Source: Myxococcales bacterium
Lineage (GTDB): Bacteria; Myxococcota_A; Polyangia; Polyangiales; DASUME01
Assembly (NCBI GenBank): GCA_047601445.1
Contig: JASGJH010000001.1
Span: 9,216,001 to 9,280,000 of the forward strand
Direction of reading: 5' to 3'
Length of the DNA: 64,000 nt
Below the pieces are notes generated by a model, which was given only the letters and a program-made list of their open reading frames with translations, did not search any database and was not told the origin of the DNA. The position numbers were made by a program, and so were the translations under genes. This document shows positions 1 to 12,010 of the stretch, one piece after another; position 1 is the stretch's first letter, and each line of letters starts with the position of its first letter.

Positions 1-2
1 CG

Positions 3-932
3 ATGATTTGGCGCTCCAAGCTTGCTCTCTCTGTGTGCCTGCTCGCGCTCGGCTTGGGGGCCGGTTGCGGTGACGACCCAGCCTCTCCCGGTCAACCCGT
101 CGGTGACGGGGACGGCGATGGGGACGGGGATGGCGATGGGGACGGCGACGGCGACGCGAATCCCGGCGATGGGGACGGCGATGGCGATGTGGCGCCAACT
201 CCGGGCGACCTCAAGGGGATCGAGGGCCAGTATTGGATGCGCACGGACCTGGAGGCGATGATCACCGAGCCCAACACCAAGGCCTCGATCGACTCGCATA
301 TCAGCGCCTACTCGCTCGTGGAGATCACGAAGGACGGCGACAACTACAAGATGGTCGATTGGCAGTGCCACGTGACCACCAAGCAGACCTGCACCTCTCC
401 CTGTACCGCGGCTTCGAGCACCACCGACGAAGGCCATTCCTACGCGCCCTCCGTGCGCACGCTGACGGTCAGTGGGAGCAAGTGGGAGGCGTCCGAATGC
501 GCCCAGGCCGTGGGCTGGAAGTGGGACTTCGCCAAGGACGGCAAGCACGACCTGCCGCCGGACGGCTCGGACCTCATCTACAACCCTGCGGGTAGCGTCG
601 GCGGACCCGGCGTGGACATCACCGTCAAGGTGACCGCCCTGCTGCCGCTGATGTGCACGGCCAGCACGGTGCAGACCGTCGACGTGCTCTACTCGGGCAA
701 CGTCGTCACCAATGGCGGCACGCAGGCGCTCGAGAGCACGGGCGTGGCGAAGGACAACGGCTCCAAGCAGCACGGGATCAAGGACGCGAACGGCGACCAG
801 CAGTGCGGCGACGTTCCAGAGCCTGTTCCGGTCGGCTCGGGCAAGGTTTATCTGGTGTCCAAGAAGATCGACGGCTCGTCGCCCAGCGCCTGGAAGTGCC
901 CGGCGCTGTCGGCTTTCGAGGATGCGTTCTGA
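3..932 (+). CDS. Cys-rich lipoprotein with (GD)n linker, unknown function
   Basis: Lipobox GLGAGC after a hydrophobic signal, GDGDGD linker, globular Cys-containing domain, GC3-rich codons; start lies at the window edge. Confidence 0.8.
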   Translation: MIWRSKLALSVCLLALGLGAGCGDDPASPGQPVGDGDGDGDGDGDGDGDGDANPGDGDGDGDVAPTPGDLKGIEGQYWMRTDLEAMITEPNTKASIDSHISAYSLVEITKDGDNYKMVDWQCHVTTKQTCTSPCTAASSTTDEGHSYAPSVRTLTVSGSKWEASECAQAVGWKWDFAKDGKHDLPPDGSDLIYNPAGSVGGPGVDITVKVTALLPLMCTASTVQTVDVLYSGNVVTNGGTQALESTGVAKDNGSKQHGIKDANGDQQCGDVPEPVPVGSGKVYLVSKKIDGSSPSAWKCPALSAFEDAF

Positions 933-1054
933 GGTTTCTGTTGTGCGGGGAGGTCACGCGACTCCCCGCCCGTCGCAGCCAAGCTGCGCCGGGGCCCACC
1001 CCTCCGCGAGGTTCGCTGCGCTCATGCGGGAGCCCTCATGAGGCCCAGTTGGCC

Positions 1055-2788
<1,734 letters not shown>

Positions 2789-3248
2789 TACGTCCCCCCG
2801 GCAGTCTCAAGACATCACTCGAAGCAAGCAGCGGTGTGAGCAAGACGAAGGCGCAAGGGCAGGTGCGGTGTCGAACGGAACTGACGCTGTCGGTCTTGAC
2901 GCGCTCGGGTCACAACGGCGCGTGCTCACTCACGACGGAGCGGCGCAGCTCGGCTCCATGTCTCAAACGCCAATGCACTCGTCGTGCCGCGGAAACACGT
3001 ACTCGAACAGCGCCGCGTTTTCGTCAGTCGCGCGCAAAGACTGCACTCGAGCGCACGCAGTTCGCGAGGTGCGCCGCGCCACTTGAGGCAAACCGCTACG
3101 CGCACTCGTCGTGTTCGAACGCTCGGTGATTGAACTCATTTGCAGCGGACCTTCGCGCGAGGTCCGCAGCGCACTCGGCGCGACTGCGTGTCGCTGGGGG
3201 CGACGCTGGGCATGCCCGCTTGGGGGCGCCCAAATCGAGCGTTCGCGC

Positions 3249-4430
3249 TTACAGGATGACGCGCACCGAGCGCATGACGCGCGCAGCCTTTTGACGTGCT
3301 TCCTCCGCGCTCGCACCGCGGGCGAGCGCTACCCCGAGGCGGCGGTGGCCCTGAATCTCGGGCTTGCCGAACAGGCGCAAGCTCGTATCGGATTCGCGTA
3401 GGGCGGCCGGATCGATCTCGAACGCCGGAGCCTGGCTGTGCCCCTCGCCGAGCAGCGCGTACGACGCGCTCGGTCCGTGCTGGCGGATGTTCCCCACCGG
3501 CAATCCCAGGATGGCACGCACGTGCAGCGCGAACTCCGAGAGGTCCTGCGAGATGAGTGTCACCATGCCGGTGTCGTGGGGACGCGGCGACACCTCGCTG
3601 AAGTAGACCTCGTCGCCCTTGACGAACAACTCCACGCCGAACAGGCCGCGCCCGCCCAGCTCGTCGGTGATCGCGCGGGCGATGCGCTCGGACTCGGCGT
3701 AGGCGCGCGCAGACATGGCCTGCGGCTGCCAGCTCTCGTGATAGTCCCCGCCGACCTGTCGGTGACCGATTGGCTCGCAGAACGAAGTGCCGTCCGCGTG
3801 GCGCACGGTGAGCAACGTGATCTCGTAGTCGAACTCCACGAAGCCTTCCACGATCACGCGCCCCGCTCCCGCGCGCCCGCCCGTCTGCGCGTAGGCATAG
3901 GCGGCTTCGGCGCTGGGGCGGTCCCTGGCTACGCTCTGGCCCTTGCCCGAGCTGCTCATGATCGGCTTGATCACGCACGGGTAACCCACGGCCTCCACCG
4001 CTGCCCAGTACTCCTCGAGCGTGTCGGCGAAGCGGTAGGGGGAGGTCTTGAGGCCCAGCGTCTCCGCGGCCAGGCGCCGGATTCCTTCGCGATCCATGGT
4101 CAGGCGCGCGGCGCGCGCGGTGGGGATCACGCACATGCCCTCGGCCTCCAGCTCCACCAGGGTGGCGGTGGCGATGGCTTCGATCTCGGGCACGATGAAG
4201 TCCGGCTTTTCGCGCGCGATGAGCTCGCGCAGGGCCTTGCCGTCGGTCATCGGGATCACGTGGGAGCGGTGGGCGACCTGCATGGCCGGAGCGTTTGGGT
4301 AGCGGTCCACGGCGACCACGGTGACGCCGAGGCGCTGGGCTTCGATGGCCACCTCCTTGCCGAGCTCCCCCGAGCCGAGCAAGAGCAGGGTGGTCGCCGT
4401 GTTCGTGTTGGGTGTTCCGATCCGCACCAT
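3249..4430 (-). CDS. purT: Formate-dependent phosphoribosylglycinamide formyltransferase
   Basis: [45 protein letters not shown] motifs; GGAG RBS 6 nt before ATG at 4430; 393 aa. Confidence 0.96.
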   Translation of the reverse strand: MVRIGTPNTNTATTLLLLGSGELGKEVAIEAQRLGVTVVAVDRYPNAPAMQVAHRSHVIPMTDGKALRELIAREKPDFIVPEIEAIATATLVELEAEGMCVIPTARAARLTMDREGIRRLAAETLGLKTSPYRFADTLEEYWAAVEAVGYPCVIKPIMSSSGKGQSVARDRPSAEAAYAYAQTGGRAGAGRVIVEGFVEFDYEITLLTVRHADGTSFCEPIGHRQVGGDYHESWQPQAMSARAYAESERIARAITDELGGRGLFGVELFVKGDEVYFSEVSPRPHDTGMVTLISQDLSEFALHVRAILGLPVGNIRQHGPSASYALLGEGHSQAPAFEIDPAALRESDTSLRLFGKPEIQGHRRLGVALARGASAEEARQKAARVMRSVRVIL

Positions 4431-4517
4431 GGTCATCTCCCGTCGCGCCCGAGTATATGCGGAACCCGCGCCGGGGCCCGTGTCCGCGGGTTCGGGCTGG
4501 ATGCTATGGTCCGCGCG

Positions 4518-5426
4518 ATGCCTTACTTGAAAGCGCGCGACGGCGAGAGCGTCTACGTCCGGGTCGTGGGCCGCGGAGCGCCTTGCCTGCTGCTGCACGG
4601 TTTCGCCTCCGATAGCAGTTCGTGGCTGCCGTTCGTGGCGCCGCTGTCCCACCGCTTCCGCTTCTACATGCCCGATCTGCGCGGCTTCGGCGCGAGCAGG
4701 AAAGCACCGCTCAGGCATGTTTGCCCGCTGACCACCTACGCCGAAGATCTCGAGGATATCCTCGATCAGCTCGCGCTGCCGAGCCTCTCGGTGGCGGGCA
4801 TCTCCATGGGCGCCTTCACGGCGCTCAGCTCTTTCCGACTGTTCGGGGGTGCCCGCTACGCGCGCTACATGCACATCGATCAGGGTCTCGTCATCCGCAA
4901 CACGAGCGCTTATCGCCACGGGCTGCTGGGCGAGCGGCAGGACTTGTTCTTCGGGCGCATGAGCTCCGCCCTCGACCGCATCGAAGGCGAGCTGCGCGAA
5001 CGCGGCGCGCTGGAGTACGACGCGCTACCCGCTCAGCTGCGCCAGGACTTTGCGCAAATCTTCGGTGATTTCGCGCTGGCGGCCTTCGGTCGTCCGCCGC
5101 TGCGCGCGGCCCTGCGCCCGCTGCTTGGCTGGGAGCCCTTGATCCGGCGCCTGATGCCGCCGGAAGGCCTCCAAACCTACGTCCAAATCATGCGCGCCTA
5201 CCTCGAGCAAAACTACGATTTGCGCCCGGCCTTCAGCGCGTTGAAGGTGCCCACCACCGTGTTGATCGGCGGCGCGTCGCGCATGTACCCGGCAGAGGGG
5301 CAGCGCTCCACGGCCAAGCTCCTGCCGCACGCGGCCGTGCGCGAACTGCCTGGCATCGGCCACGTGATTCCGGTGGAAGCGCCGCTGCGCTTCGTGAGCG
5401 AGCTCAACGCTTTCCTCTCGGCCTAG
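4518..5426 (+). CDS. Alpha/beta fold hydrolase
   Basis: [20 protein letters not shown] nucleophile elbow, GH near C-terminus; real gene is the 3' part of ORF 3438..5426. Confidence 0.88.
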   Translation: MPYLKARDGESVYVRVVGRGAPCLLLHGFASDSSSWLPFVAPLSHRFRFYMPDLRGFGASRKAPLRHVCPLTTYAEDLEDILDQLALPSLSVAGISMGAFTALSSFRLFGGARYARYMHIDQGLVIRNTSAYRHGLLGERQDLFFGRMSSALDRIEGELRERGALEYDALPAQLRQDFAQIFGDFALAAFGRPPLRAALRPLLGWEPLIRRLMPPEGLQTYVQIMRAYLEQNYDLRPAFSALKVPTTVLIGGASRMYPAEGQRSTAKLLPHAAVRELPGIGHVIPVEAPLRFVSELNAFLSA

Positions 5427-5477
5427 CGCCGCACGGGCTCGCACGAAAAAATGCGACTTCCCGTGAATCTCTGGCGC

Positions 5478-5492
5478 TGGCATGTCGCTTGC
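5478..5492 (+). promoter_or_regulatory. Putative sigma-54 (-24/-12) promoter
   Basis: TGGCAT-GTCGC-TTGC matches TGGCAC-N5-TTGC; about 54 bp upstream of the small ORF at 5546. Confidence 0.6.
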
Positions 5493-5545
5493 GACCTCCG
5501 TACAGCGCGGACCGCTCACACGTGTCCGCACGAACAGGGGGAGAC

Positions 5546-5716
5546 ATGGCAACGCAGCGCATTCCACGGCACGGTCAGTTTTCGCAACAGGTTGGCTATC
5601 GCGGATTCGATCAGGATTCCGTCCGCCTGCCAACGGCTCCCAACGTCGGCCTCGCGCTCGGCCTGGTGGCGGCCTTCGTGGCCGTGGTCACGCTGATCGT
5701 CTACTACGTGCTGTAA
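5546..5716 (+). CDS. Small (56 aa) protein with C-terminal transmembrane helix
   Basis: GGGGGAG RBS, ATG at 5546, hydrophobic tail VGLALGLVAAFVAVVTLIVYYVL, upstream sigma-54-like motif. Confidence 0.65.
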   Translation: MATQRIPRHGQFSQQVGYRGFDQDSVRLPTAPNVGLALGLVAAFVAVVTLIVYYVL

Positions 5717-5775
5717 GCTCACATCGAGCGTGCGCTTTCGGGCGAGGCAAAAAGGCCCGCCTGCACCGCGCAGCT

Positions 5776-6714
5776 TCAGGCGACTTTGCGCAGCGGATCG
5801 TCGAGCTCGGGTTGGCTCCCGCCCGAGCTCGCAGCAGCCGACCCGGCGGGGCGCGAGCGATAGACGAGCGTAATCAGAGACGCTTCGAGCAGCACGAACA
5901 GGGCGTACAGCAACGGAAGACGCAGCATCTCGGCCTCCAGTGCGCCGTCGAAGCTGGTGGCGATGATCGCGAAAGCCAGCGGGCTATTCTGGATGCCCGT
6001 CTCGAGCGACACGGCGCGACGCTGGGGCGTGGGGAGCCGGAACAAGCGCGCCGCGAGGTCTCCGAGCAGCATGCCGCCGACGCCGAGCAAGATGCTGGCG
6101 GCGTACATGGACGGAGTGATGGTGGAAAACAAGGACGCGTTGCGGAACAAGCTCGCGCCCACCAGCATCACCAGCACGCAGATGCCGGCCAGGCCGCCCA
6201 CGCGCTCGGCGCGCTGCGCGAAGGCCTCGCCGCGCCGCCTGCGAAGCCACATGCCGAGAGCCACGGGCAGCAAGAGGACGACTAGCGTCTTGATGACCTC
6301 GCCGTAGGGGATGGTCACCTCGGCGCTGCTGAAGGGCCGCGCGAACAGCCACAGGCAGACGGGCATCATGACCACCGCCACGAGCTTGGAGGCCGCTGTC
6401 ATCGATACGCTCAACGCGACGTCGGCCCGTGCGTAGTACGCGAACATGTTGCTAGTGGTCCCGCCCGGGCAAGTTCCCATGATCACGAGACCCATGGCGG
6501 CGGAGGCCGGCAGCTCGAAGCCCTTGGCCAGGAGAAAGGCGAGCAGGGGCATCCAGCCGAACTGCGAAGCCAGGCCGATCAGCACCGCCTTCGGTTCACG
6601 CGCAACCTCTCGGAAACGCTCGGGCGTGAGGGTCGCGCCCATGCCGAACATGAGCACAATGAGAAGGATGCCAAGCAGGGCGGTTTCGAGGGGACCAAGC
6701 ATGGTCGTGGCCAT
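5776..6714 (-). CDS. Bile acid:sodium symporter (BASS) family transporter
   Basis: MFGMG, QFGWMP, CPGGTTSNMFAY, ETGIQNSPLA motifs; multiple TM helices. Confidence 0.92.
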   Translation of the reverse strand: MATTMLGPLETALLGILLIVLMFGMGATLTPERFREVAREPKAVLIGLASQFGWMPLLAFLLAKGFELPASAAMGLVIMGTCPGGTTSNMFAYYARADVALSVSMTAASKLVAVVMMPVCLWLFARPFSSAEVTIPYGEVIKTLVVLLLPVALGMWLRRRRGEAFAQRAERVGGLAGICVLVMLVGASLFRNASLFSTITPSMYAASILLGVGGMLLGDLAARLFRLPTPQRRAVSLETGIQNSPLAFAIIATSFDGALEAEMLRLPLLYALFVLLEASLITLVYRSRPAGSAAASSGGSQPELDDPLRKVA

Positions 6715-6780
6715 ACCACCCAACGGTACCCGGTGCACCGCGCCCGCCCTCAACCCCCCTGCGCTGCCCGTTCGCTTCAG

Positions 6781-7057
6781 CGCTCCCTCGGGGCTGGGCC
6801 GGCGCTGCGGGGGCGCAGGGACGTGATGGCTGCGAGAGCAGGCGCTTTGTCGGTCGTGGGTGGCGGCTTTGTGGAAGTCGGTTGCGGTTCGGTGCGCAGT
6901 CCTCTGCGAGGACGCATGTTCGACAAAGCGCCCGCTCTCTCCGCCACCACGTCCCTGCGCCTCCTCGCGCAACCTCAGTTCGCGGAAGCGAACTGAGGCG
7001 GGGCTGCGCCGTGGAGCGTTGAGTGCGTTCGTGGGAGCGAACGCAAGGAAGGGAGCG
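6781..7057 (+). repeat. Structured dispersed repeat, copy 1 (MITE/REPIN-like or ncRNA)
   Basis: Aligns by eye with 7197-7465(-) and 53704-53974(+); long stem 6812-6852/6921-6961; hairpin CCTCAGTTCGC-GGAA-GCGAACTGAGG. Confidence 0.85.
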
Positions 7058-7196
7058 GGTGCCGTCGGGTGTCGTTGGTTTCTCGGGCGATCTCGAGCGA
7101 ATCCTTTCTCGAGTTCACTCGAGCAAATCCATTCCGAGAACACTCGAGAGAACTTGAGAGAAAAACATGAGCGAAGCGCGCCAAGCCTTCCCCTTT

Positions 7197-7465
7197 TCTC
7201 CCTCTTTGTGTTCCCTCAGGCGAACGCGATCAGCACGCCGCGCCGCCAGTCCGCCTCAGTTCGCTCCCGCGAACTGAGGTTGCGGAGGAGGTGCAGGGAC
7301 GTGATGGCGGAGAGAGCGGCTCTTTGTCGAACACGCGTCCTCCAAGAGGACTGTGCGCCCGAACCGCGACGACTCCCATCGAACGCCACCCACGACCGAC
7401 AAAGCGCCCGCTCTCCGCCACCACGTCCCTGCGCCCCCGCAGCGCCGGCCCAGATCAGAGGGAGC
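7197..7465 (-). repeat. Structured dispersed repeat, copy 2 (inverted relative to copy 1)
   Basis: Reverse complement reads GCTCCCT...CTGGGCCGGCGCTGCGGGGGCGCAGGGACGTG...CCTCAGTTCGC-GGGA-GCGAACTGAGG. Confidence 0.85.
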
Positions 7466-7485
7466 ACTGGGGCGAGCGCGGCGGG

Positions 7486-8550
7486 TTAGAGAACGATCAC
7501 GACATCGCAGGTCTCCACGATGCTCACCGTGTGATCCGTGACGGACTTGAGCGCTTGGCAGGCTTCTCCGGTGATGGTCACTTGACGCTTGTCAGCCGTG
7601 GGGGTCCAACCGGTCTTGGCGCCGTTCAACGGCAGCGGCGTGTCGTCCAGCTTGACGCTGACCTTGTCGACGTCGCTCAGGGGCTTTTCGAGCGCGTAGG
7701 TGCAGGTCACCGCGTTGCCCGCAATCTCCTGGAACTCCTGCAGCAACCCGGCCTCGTTCTCGACCGCTCGATGCATCGTGTCGCCGGTGCCACCCGCAGC
7801 GGCCATCTTGTTCAGCGCGTCGCGCAGCTTGGCGTCGTTCTGGGTGTCGTAGCCGATGACGTAGGTCTTGATGCCCGCCATCGTCATTTGCGTGATGGCG
7901 TCGACCGAACCCGTGACCGACTGCGGCACCGGGTCGTAGCTGATGGGCGTTTGGTTGTTGTAGCAATTCGGCGCCCCGTCGGTGACGAGGAGGACGTACT
8001 TCTCCGCGACGCCGATCGCGTCCGGATCCTGCGACACACTGCCCAGGATAGCCGCGGCGGCCTCGAGCGACGGCGCGGTGGGCGTATAGCCTCCCGGATC
8101 CATGCCATCGAGGGCCATCGCGATGGCATCGCCGCTGTTCAACGCGATGTCCACGTCGGCATCCGTGGCGGCGGCGCAGCCCGTGCCCGCGGTGTTGGGG
8201 AATGCCATCAGCCCGAACTCGATCTTGGAATCCAGCGCTGACGTGATGCTCTTGACGGCGGACACCGAAGGATCCCAGCGCTTGAACACGCGCATGCTGT
8301 CGGAGCGATCGAACAAGATCAGCATGTGCGGCGCGACGCGCTGGGGTTTCACGATCACCGACTGACAGGCATCGTCGTCGCCAGTACCGTCTCCGTCGCC
8401 CGTTCCATCCCCATCCCCGTCCCCCGCATGGCCGATGTTCGGGAGCCCGCCGTCGAGCTCACTTCCTTGCTCGTCGCCGCCCAGGCCAGAGCGGCCATCG
8501 TCGGAGTTGCAGGCTCCGAGCAGAAGCAACAGGCCGGAGGCGGCGCGCAT
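7486..8550 (-). CDS. vWA (von Willebrand A) domain lipoprotein
   Basis: Lipobox LLGAC, GD linker, MIDAS DRSDS, TPT, VLLVTDGAPNC; alternative start 8652. Confidence 0.88.
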   Translation of the reverse strand: MRAASGLLLLLGACNSDDGRSGLGGDEQGSELDGGLPNIGHAGDGDGDGTGDGDGTGDDDACQSVIVKPQRVAPHMLILFDRSDSMRVFKRWDPSVSAVKSITSALDSKIEFGLMAFPNTAGTGCAAATDADVDIALNSGDAIAMALDGMDPGGYTPTAPSLEAAAAILGSVSQDPDAIGVAEKYVLLVTDGAPNCYNNQTPISYDPVPQSVTGSVDAITQMTMAGIKTYVIGYDTQNDAKLRDALNKMAAAGGTGDTMHRAVENEAGLLQEFQEIAGNAVTCTYALEKPLSDVDKVSVKLDDTPLPLNGAKTGWTPTADKRQVTITGEACQALKSVTDHTVSIVETCDVVIVL

Positions 8551-8824
8551 CAGGGGAGGGGTGAGCGTCGAGATGCGCCCTCGGGCACGCGAGCGAAGAG
8601 TCGAGACGCGCCCTCGGGCGCGCGAGCGGTCAGTGGAAGGTCGCTTGGGCATGGACCTTCAATTCTCGGTTGGCCCGAGCGCCCTTTGGAAGCCCCTAGC
8701 ACGGCTATCCACGGCGAAAAAACGTGAGCCAACCATGTATGTCTTCGGCTGAAGCGTGGGCCGCGAGGTGGCTCAGGTGCGCCGCCACGTTCACGCCGCC
8801 GCGCCAAATAGAGCAGAGCGTCGC

Positions 8825-10900
8825 TCAGCCCGGTCGCCTGGCGGGCATGAGCGCGCTCGGGACCATCACCACGGCCGTGCGGCTCGGCAGGTACAGCTGG
8901 ACGGATTGCTTGCGACCGTACATCGCGATCGGCTGCAGGGGGAACAGCGCCCCCAGCTCCAGGCGCTCGAAGCCCTCGAACTCGTGTGCATCCGAGTCGA
9001 GCACCGCGCGGTAGTCCGTGGCATCGGGTACCGGGATAGCCAAGCCCTTGTAGGAGCGCTGTGCGTGGAAGTTGAAGGCGCACACCACGGGCCCACGGCG
9101 GACTGCGATGATCTTGTTCTCTTCGTGGCTCATCAGCTGCTCGATCGGCTCCGCGCGCAATACGCCGTAGTCCTCGTCGAGGTCGGCCAGCGCCTGATCG
9201 AAGCGCAAGAGCCCGCGGTAGCGCAGGTCCTCCCGGGTCGCGAGCGACCACTGACGGCGCGCGTGGTGGAAGGACCAGTGGTTCCCCTCGCGTGGGAAAT
9301 CCACCCACTCGGGATGACCGAACTCGTTTCCCATGAAGTTGAGCCAGGCCTCGCCCGCCAATAGAAAGGTGAACAACCGGATCATCTTGTGCAGCGCGAT
9401 ACCGCGGTCGATGGCCAGGTTCTGATCGCCCTTCTGCATGTGCCAGTACATCTCGGCGCCCATCAGGCGGAAGGCGATGGTTTGGTCGCCCACCAGCGCT
9501 TGGTCATGGCTTTCGACGTAGGCAACGTGTTTCTCGTCGCGGCGTCGGTTGAGCATGGCGCCGTACAGCTCGGCCAGCGACCACGATTCATCGCGACGTT
9601 CCTTGACCAGCTTGATCCAGTAGTCCGGCACGCCCATCGCGAGGCGATAGTCGAAGCCGAGACCGCCCTCGCTCACCGGGCGAGCCATACCCGGCATCCC
9701 CGACATGTCCTCCGCGATGCTTGTGGCCTGCGGGCGCAGCGCGTGCACGAGGACATTGGTGAGCTTGAGGTAGGTCACTGCATCTTCGTCGACGTTGGCG
9801 CCGAAGTAATCGTCGTAGCTCGAGAAGGACTTGCCCAGCCCGTGGTCGAGGTAGAGCATGCTGGTGATGCCGTCGAAGCGGAAGCCGTCGAAGCGGAACT
9901 CCTCGAGCCAGTAGCGGGTATTGCTCAGCAAGAAGCGCAATACCTCGAACTTCGCATAGTCGAACACCATGGAGTCCCAGGCTTCGTGGACGCCTCGCGG
10001 TGGGGCATGGAAGTACTGGTGATCGGTGCCGTCGAACAGGTTCAGGCCCTCGCGGGTGTTGCTCACCGCGTGGCTGTGCACGAGATCCAGCAGCACACGG
10101 ATGCCGAGCCCATGGGCCTCGTCGATCAATTGCTTGAGTTCCTCGGGCGTGCCGAAGCGAGACGAAACCGCGAAGAAGCTGCTCACGTGATAGCCGAAGG
10201 AGCCGTAGTAGGGGTGCTCCATCACGGCCATGAGCTGCACCGTGTTGTAACCGAGCGCCGCGATCATCGGCAGGACGTCGCGGGTGAACTCCGCGAACGT
10301 GGCGACCTTGCCCTCCTCCGAGGCCATGCCCACGTGGGCCTCGTAGATACGCAGCGTTGGCGGCAGAGGCGGCACGGGATGGCGAAACTCGTAGGGCTCC
10401 GCGGGCTGCCAGTACTGGCCGCTGAAGTCGTGGTTGTCGGGATCCTGCAGGGTGCGCCGGATGTAGGCGGGGACGCGGTCCTCGGTGCCCCGTCGGCTGA
10501 CTACGCTCACTTTGACGCGGCTGCCGTGGGGGATGACGGCCTTGCCGTCGCGATCCGGCAAGAACAGGCTGAACACGCCGTAGGGGTCGCGCTCCATGCG
10601 GTGCGCTTCGCGATCCCAGCCATTGAAGTCACCAACGAGGGAGAGCCGCGTGGCCCCGGGGGCCCACTCGCGCACCCAGATACCGCGCTCGCCCTCCCGC
10701 TCACCGCGGTTCAAGCCGAAGTACTGGTGACCCAGGCTCACGCGCTCGAGCAGCCCGCCCGCTTGCTCGAGCTCCGCATACTTGGCGGCGAAGCGTGCCT
10801 GGCGTTCGCGCAACTGGGCGCTGTAGGGCGACAACCAACCGTCGGCCTTGCAGATCCCCGTGCCATCTCCGTAGCGTTCTGCGAGTTGAGACGTCGTCAC
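8825..10900 (-). CDS. glgB: 1,4-alpha-glucan branching enzyme (GH13, eukaryote-like GH13_8 type)
   Basis: RIYEAHVGM, EHPYYGSFGYHV, DLVHSHA, DGFRFDGITSM, AED, ESHDQALVGD, LNFMGNEFGHPEW motifs; GTG start. Confidence 0.93.
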   Translation of the reverse strand: MTTSQLAERYGDGTGICKADGWLSPYSAQLRERQARFAAKYAELEQAGGLLERVSLGHQYFGLNRGEREGERGIWVREWAPGATRLSLVGDFNGWDREAHRMERDPYGVFSLFLPDRDGKAVIPHGSRVKVSVVSRRGTEDRVPAYIRRTLQDPDNHDFSGQYWQPAEPYEFRHPVPPLPPTLRIYEAHVGMASEEGKVATFAEFTRDVLPMIAALGYNTVQLMAVMEHPYYGSFGYHVSSFFAVSSRFGTPEELKQLIDEAHGLGIRVLLDLVHSHAVSNTREGLNLFDGTDHQYFHAPPRGVHEAWDSMVFDYAKFEVLRFLLSNTRYWLEEFRFDGFRFDGITSMLYLDHGLGKSFSSYDDYFGANVDEDAVTYLKLTNVLVHALRPQATSIAEDMSGMPGMARPVSEGGLGFDYRLAMGVPDYWIKLVKERRDESWSLAELYGAMLNRRRDEKHVAYVESHDQALVGDQTIAFRLMGAEMYWHMQKGDQNLAIDRGIALHKMIRLFTFLLAGEAWLNFMGNEFGHPEWVDFPREGNHWSFHHARRQWSLATREDLRYRGLLRFDQALADLDEDYGVLRAEPIEQLMSHEENKIIAVRRGPVVCAFNFHAQRSYKGLAIPVPDATDYRAVLDSDAHEFEGFERLELGALFPLQPIAMYGRKQSVQLYLPSRTAVVMVPSALMPARRPG

Positions 10901-10919
10901 AACCCGAGCCTACCGCCGG

Positions 10920-11963
10920 CTATCGCGCGCAGCCAATTCGCTCGTCGTCCACCACGATTTCATCGAGCCAGGCGTCCATCTGTGAGCGCATCCCACTGTA
11001 GTCCTGGTAGTGCTCGAACCCGAACTCGAGGAACTGGAAGGTGGGGATGTGCCAGCTTTCCTTGGCCCCTCCGAGGTTGCTCTTGGAGTAGTGCATGGCC
11101 GGGTGCTCACGCCCGTCCCACCAGACGCGGATCTCGGCGTTGTCGCCCTGGCCGATGAACTCGAACTCGAAGCACATCCACTGGTCGCGGTGGGAGGCGT
11201 CGACCGCCTGGTAGCCGGCGGGGCCGTTCTTGTCGTCGAGCCCGACCTCCGTGCCGCCCCCGTAGTCGATGTTGACGAGCAGGTTTTGGTTCACGGCGCC
11301 CACGGCGCGCACGCTGAGATCCTGCTTGGTGTTGCCAGACACGTACTGGCCACCGGCTGCCGCGATGGTGTAGTGGATCAAGTTGTCGCAGGTCCAGTCG
11401 CAGTCCTTGCAGGGCTGGAAGCAGTGCAGGGGATCGGGCACGTAGTCGAAGTACAGGAACAAGCGTCCGAAGAAGTGGTTGCCCGTGGTGGCGAAGGTCT
11501 TGGTTTCGCGCAGCATCACGCGGGCGGTGCTGGCGGGTTGAGTGATGTGCAGGGACTTGCCGCCGCGGGCCGCGCGCGTGCTGTCCAGCGTGGCGCTGCC
11601 GCTGCCCCAGGTCTGCAGGGACCAGGTGGCGCTGTCGAGCTTCGCTCCTTCGAAGTCCTCGCACAGGAGAGCGCCCGAGCTCGCGCAACGCGAGGGCGAC
11701 CCGAGCCCGTAGGACTTGCGATCGGTGGGATCCGCGGGCGTCGTCGTGCCCGCATCGCGGCCGGCGTCGGCGGTCGAACCGGCGTCTTGGGTGGACGCGT
11801 CGGCGTGAGGACCTGCGTGCTGACCCGCGTCGTCGTCGGGCTGATCCGTCGCGCCGTCCATGAGTGAGCCTTGGCCGGCGTCGGCCGCGGGGGCGCCGTC
11901 ATCGCCACAGGCGACCAGCAGCACACACAACGGAAGGGCGGCGGAGAGGCTCGGAGCGCGCAT
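10920..11963 (-). CDS. Lipoprotein with probable beta-sandwich (lectin/lyase-like) domain
   Basis: Lipobox LLVAC, DAG-rich linker, LLCEDFE...W.CFEF...WWDG...WLDEIVVDDERIGC pattern. Confidence 0.75.
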   Translation of the reverse strand: MRAPSLSAALPLCVLLVACGDDGAPAADAGQGSLMDGATDQPDDDAGQHAGPHADASTQDAGSTADAGRDAGTTTPADPTDRKSYGLGSPSRCASSGALLCEDFEGAKLDSATWSLQTWGSGSATLDSTRAARGGKSLHITQPASTARVMLRETKTFATTGNHFFGRLFLYFDYVPDPLHCFQPCKDCDWTCDNLIHYTIAAAGGQYVSGNTKQDLSVRAVGAVNQNLLVNIDYGGGTEVGLDDKNGPAGYQAVDASHRDQWMCFEFEFIGQGDNAEIRVWWDGREHPAMHYSKSNLGGAKESWHIPTFQFLEFGFEHYQDYSGMRSQMDAWLDEIVVDDERIGCAR

Positions 11964-12010
11964 CGGGGCAGTGCACCGCGAAAGCGCGCTGTGCGTCAAC
12001 CCAAGAACAC

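Noticed and set aside
2789..3248. 460-bp gap with short ORFs upstream of the first kinase
   Set aside because: No recognisable motif, RBS or RNA structure that I can support
3438..4517. Long N-terminal extensions of ORFs (also 27086..29515, 37975..39684, 47710..49605, 50149..52347, 56776..58155)
   Set aside because: The extensions overlap other real genes; downstream starts give family-typical lengths
6812..7000. Structured repeat as tRNA, group II intron domain V, hammerhead or known riboswitch
   Set aside because: No cloverleaf/CCA, no domain V pattern, no CUGANGA/GAAA core, and no consistent position 5' of genes; an Rfam search is still needed
8567..8629. 33-bp direct repeat upstream of the vWA gene
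   Set aside because: Only two copies; could be an N-terminal coding duplication, and no function can be supported
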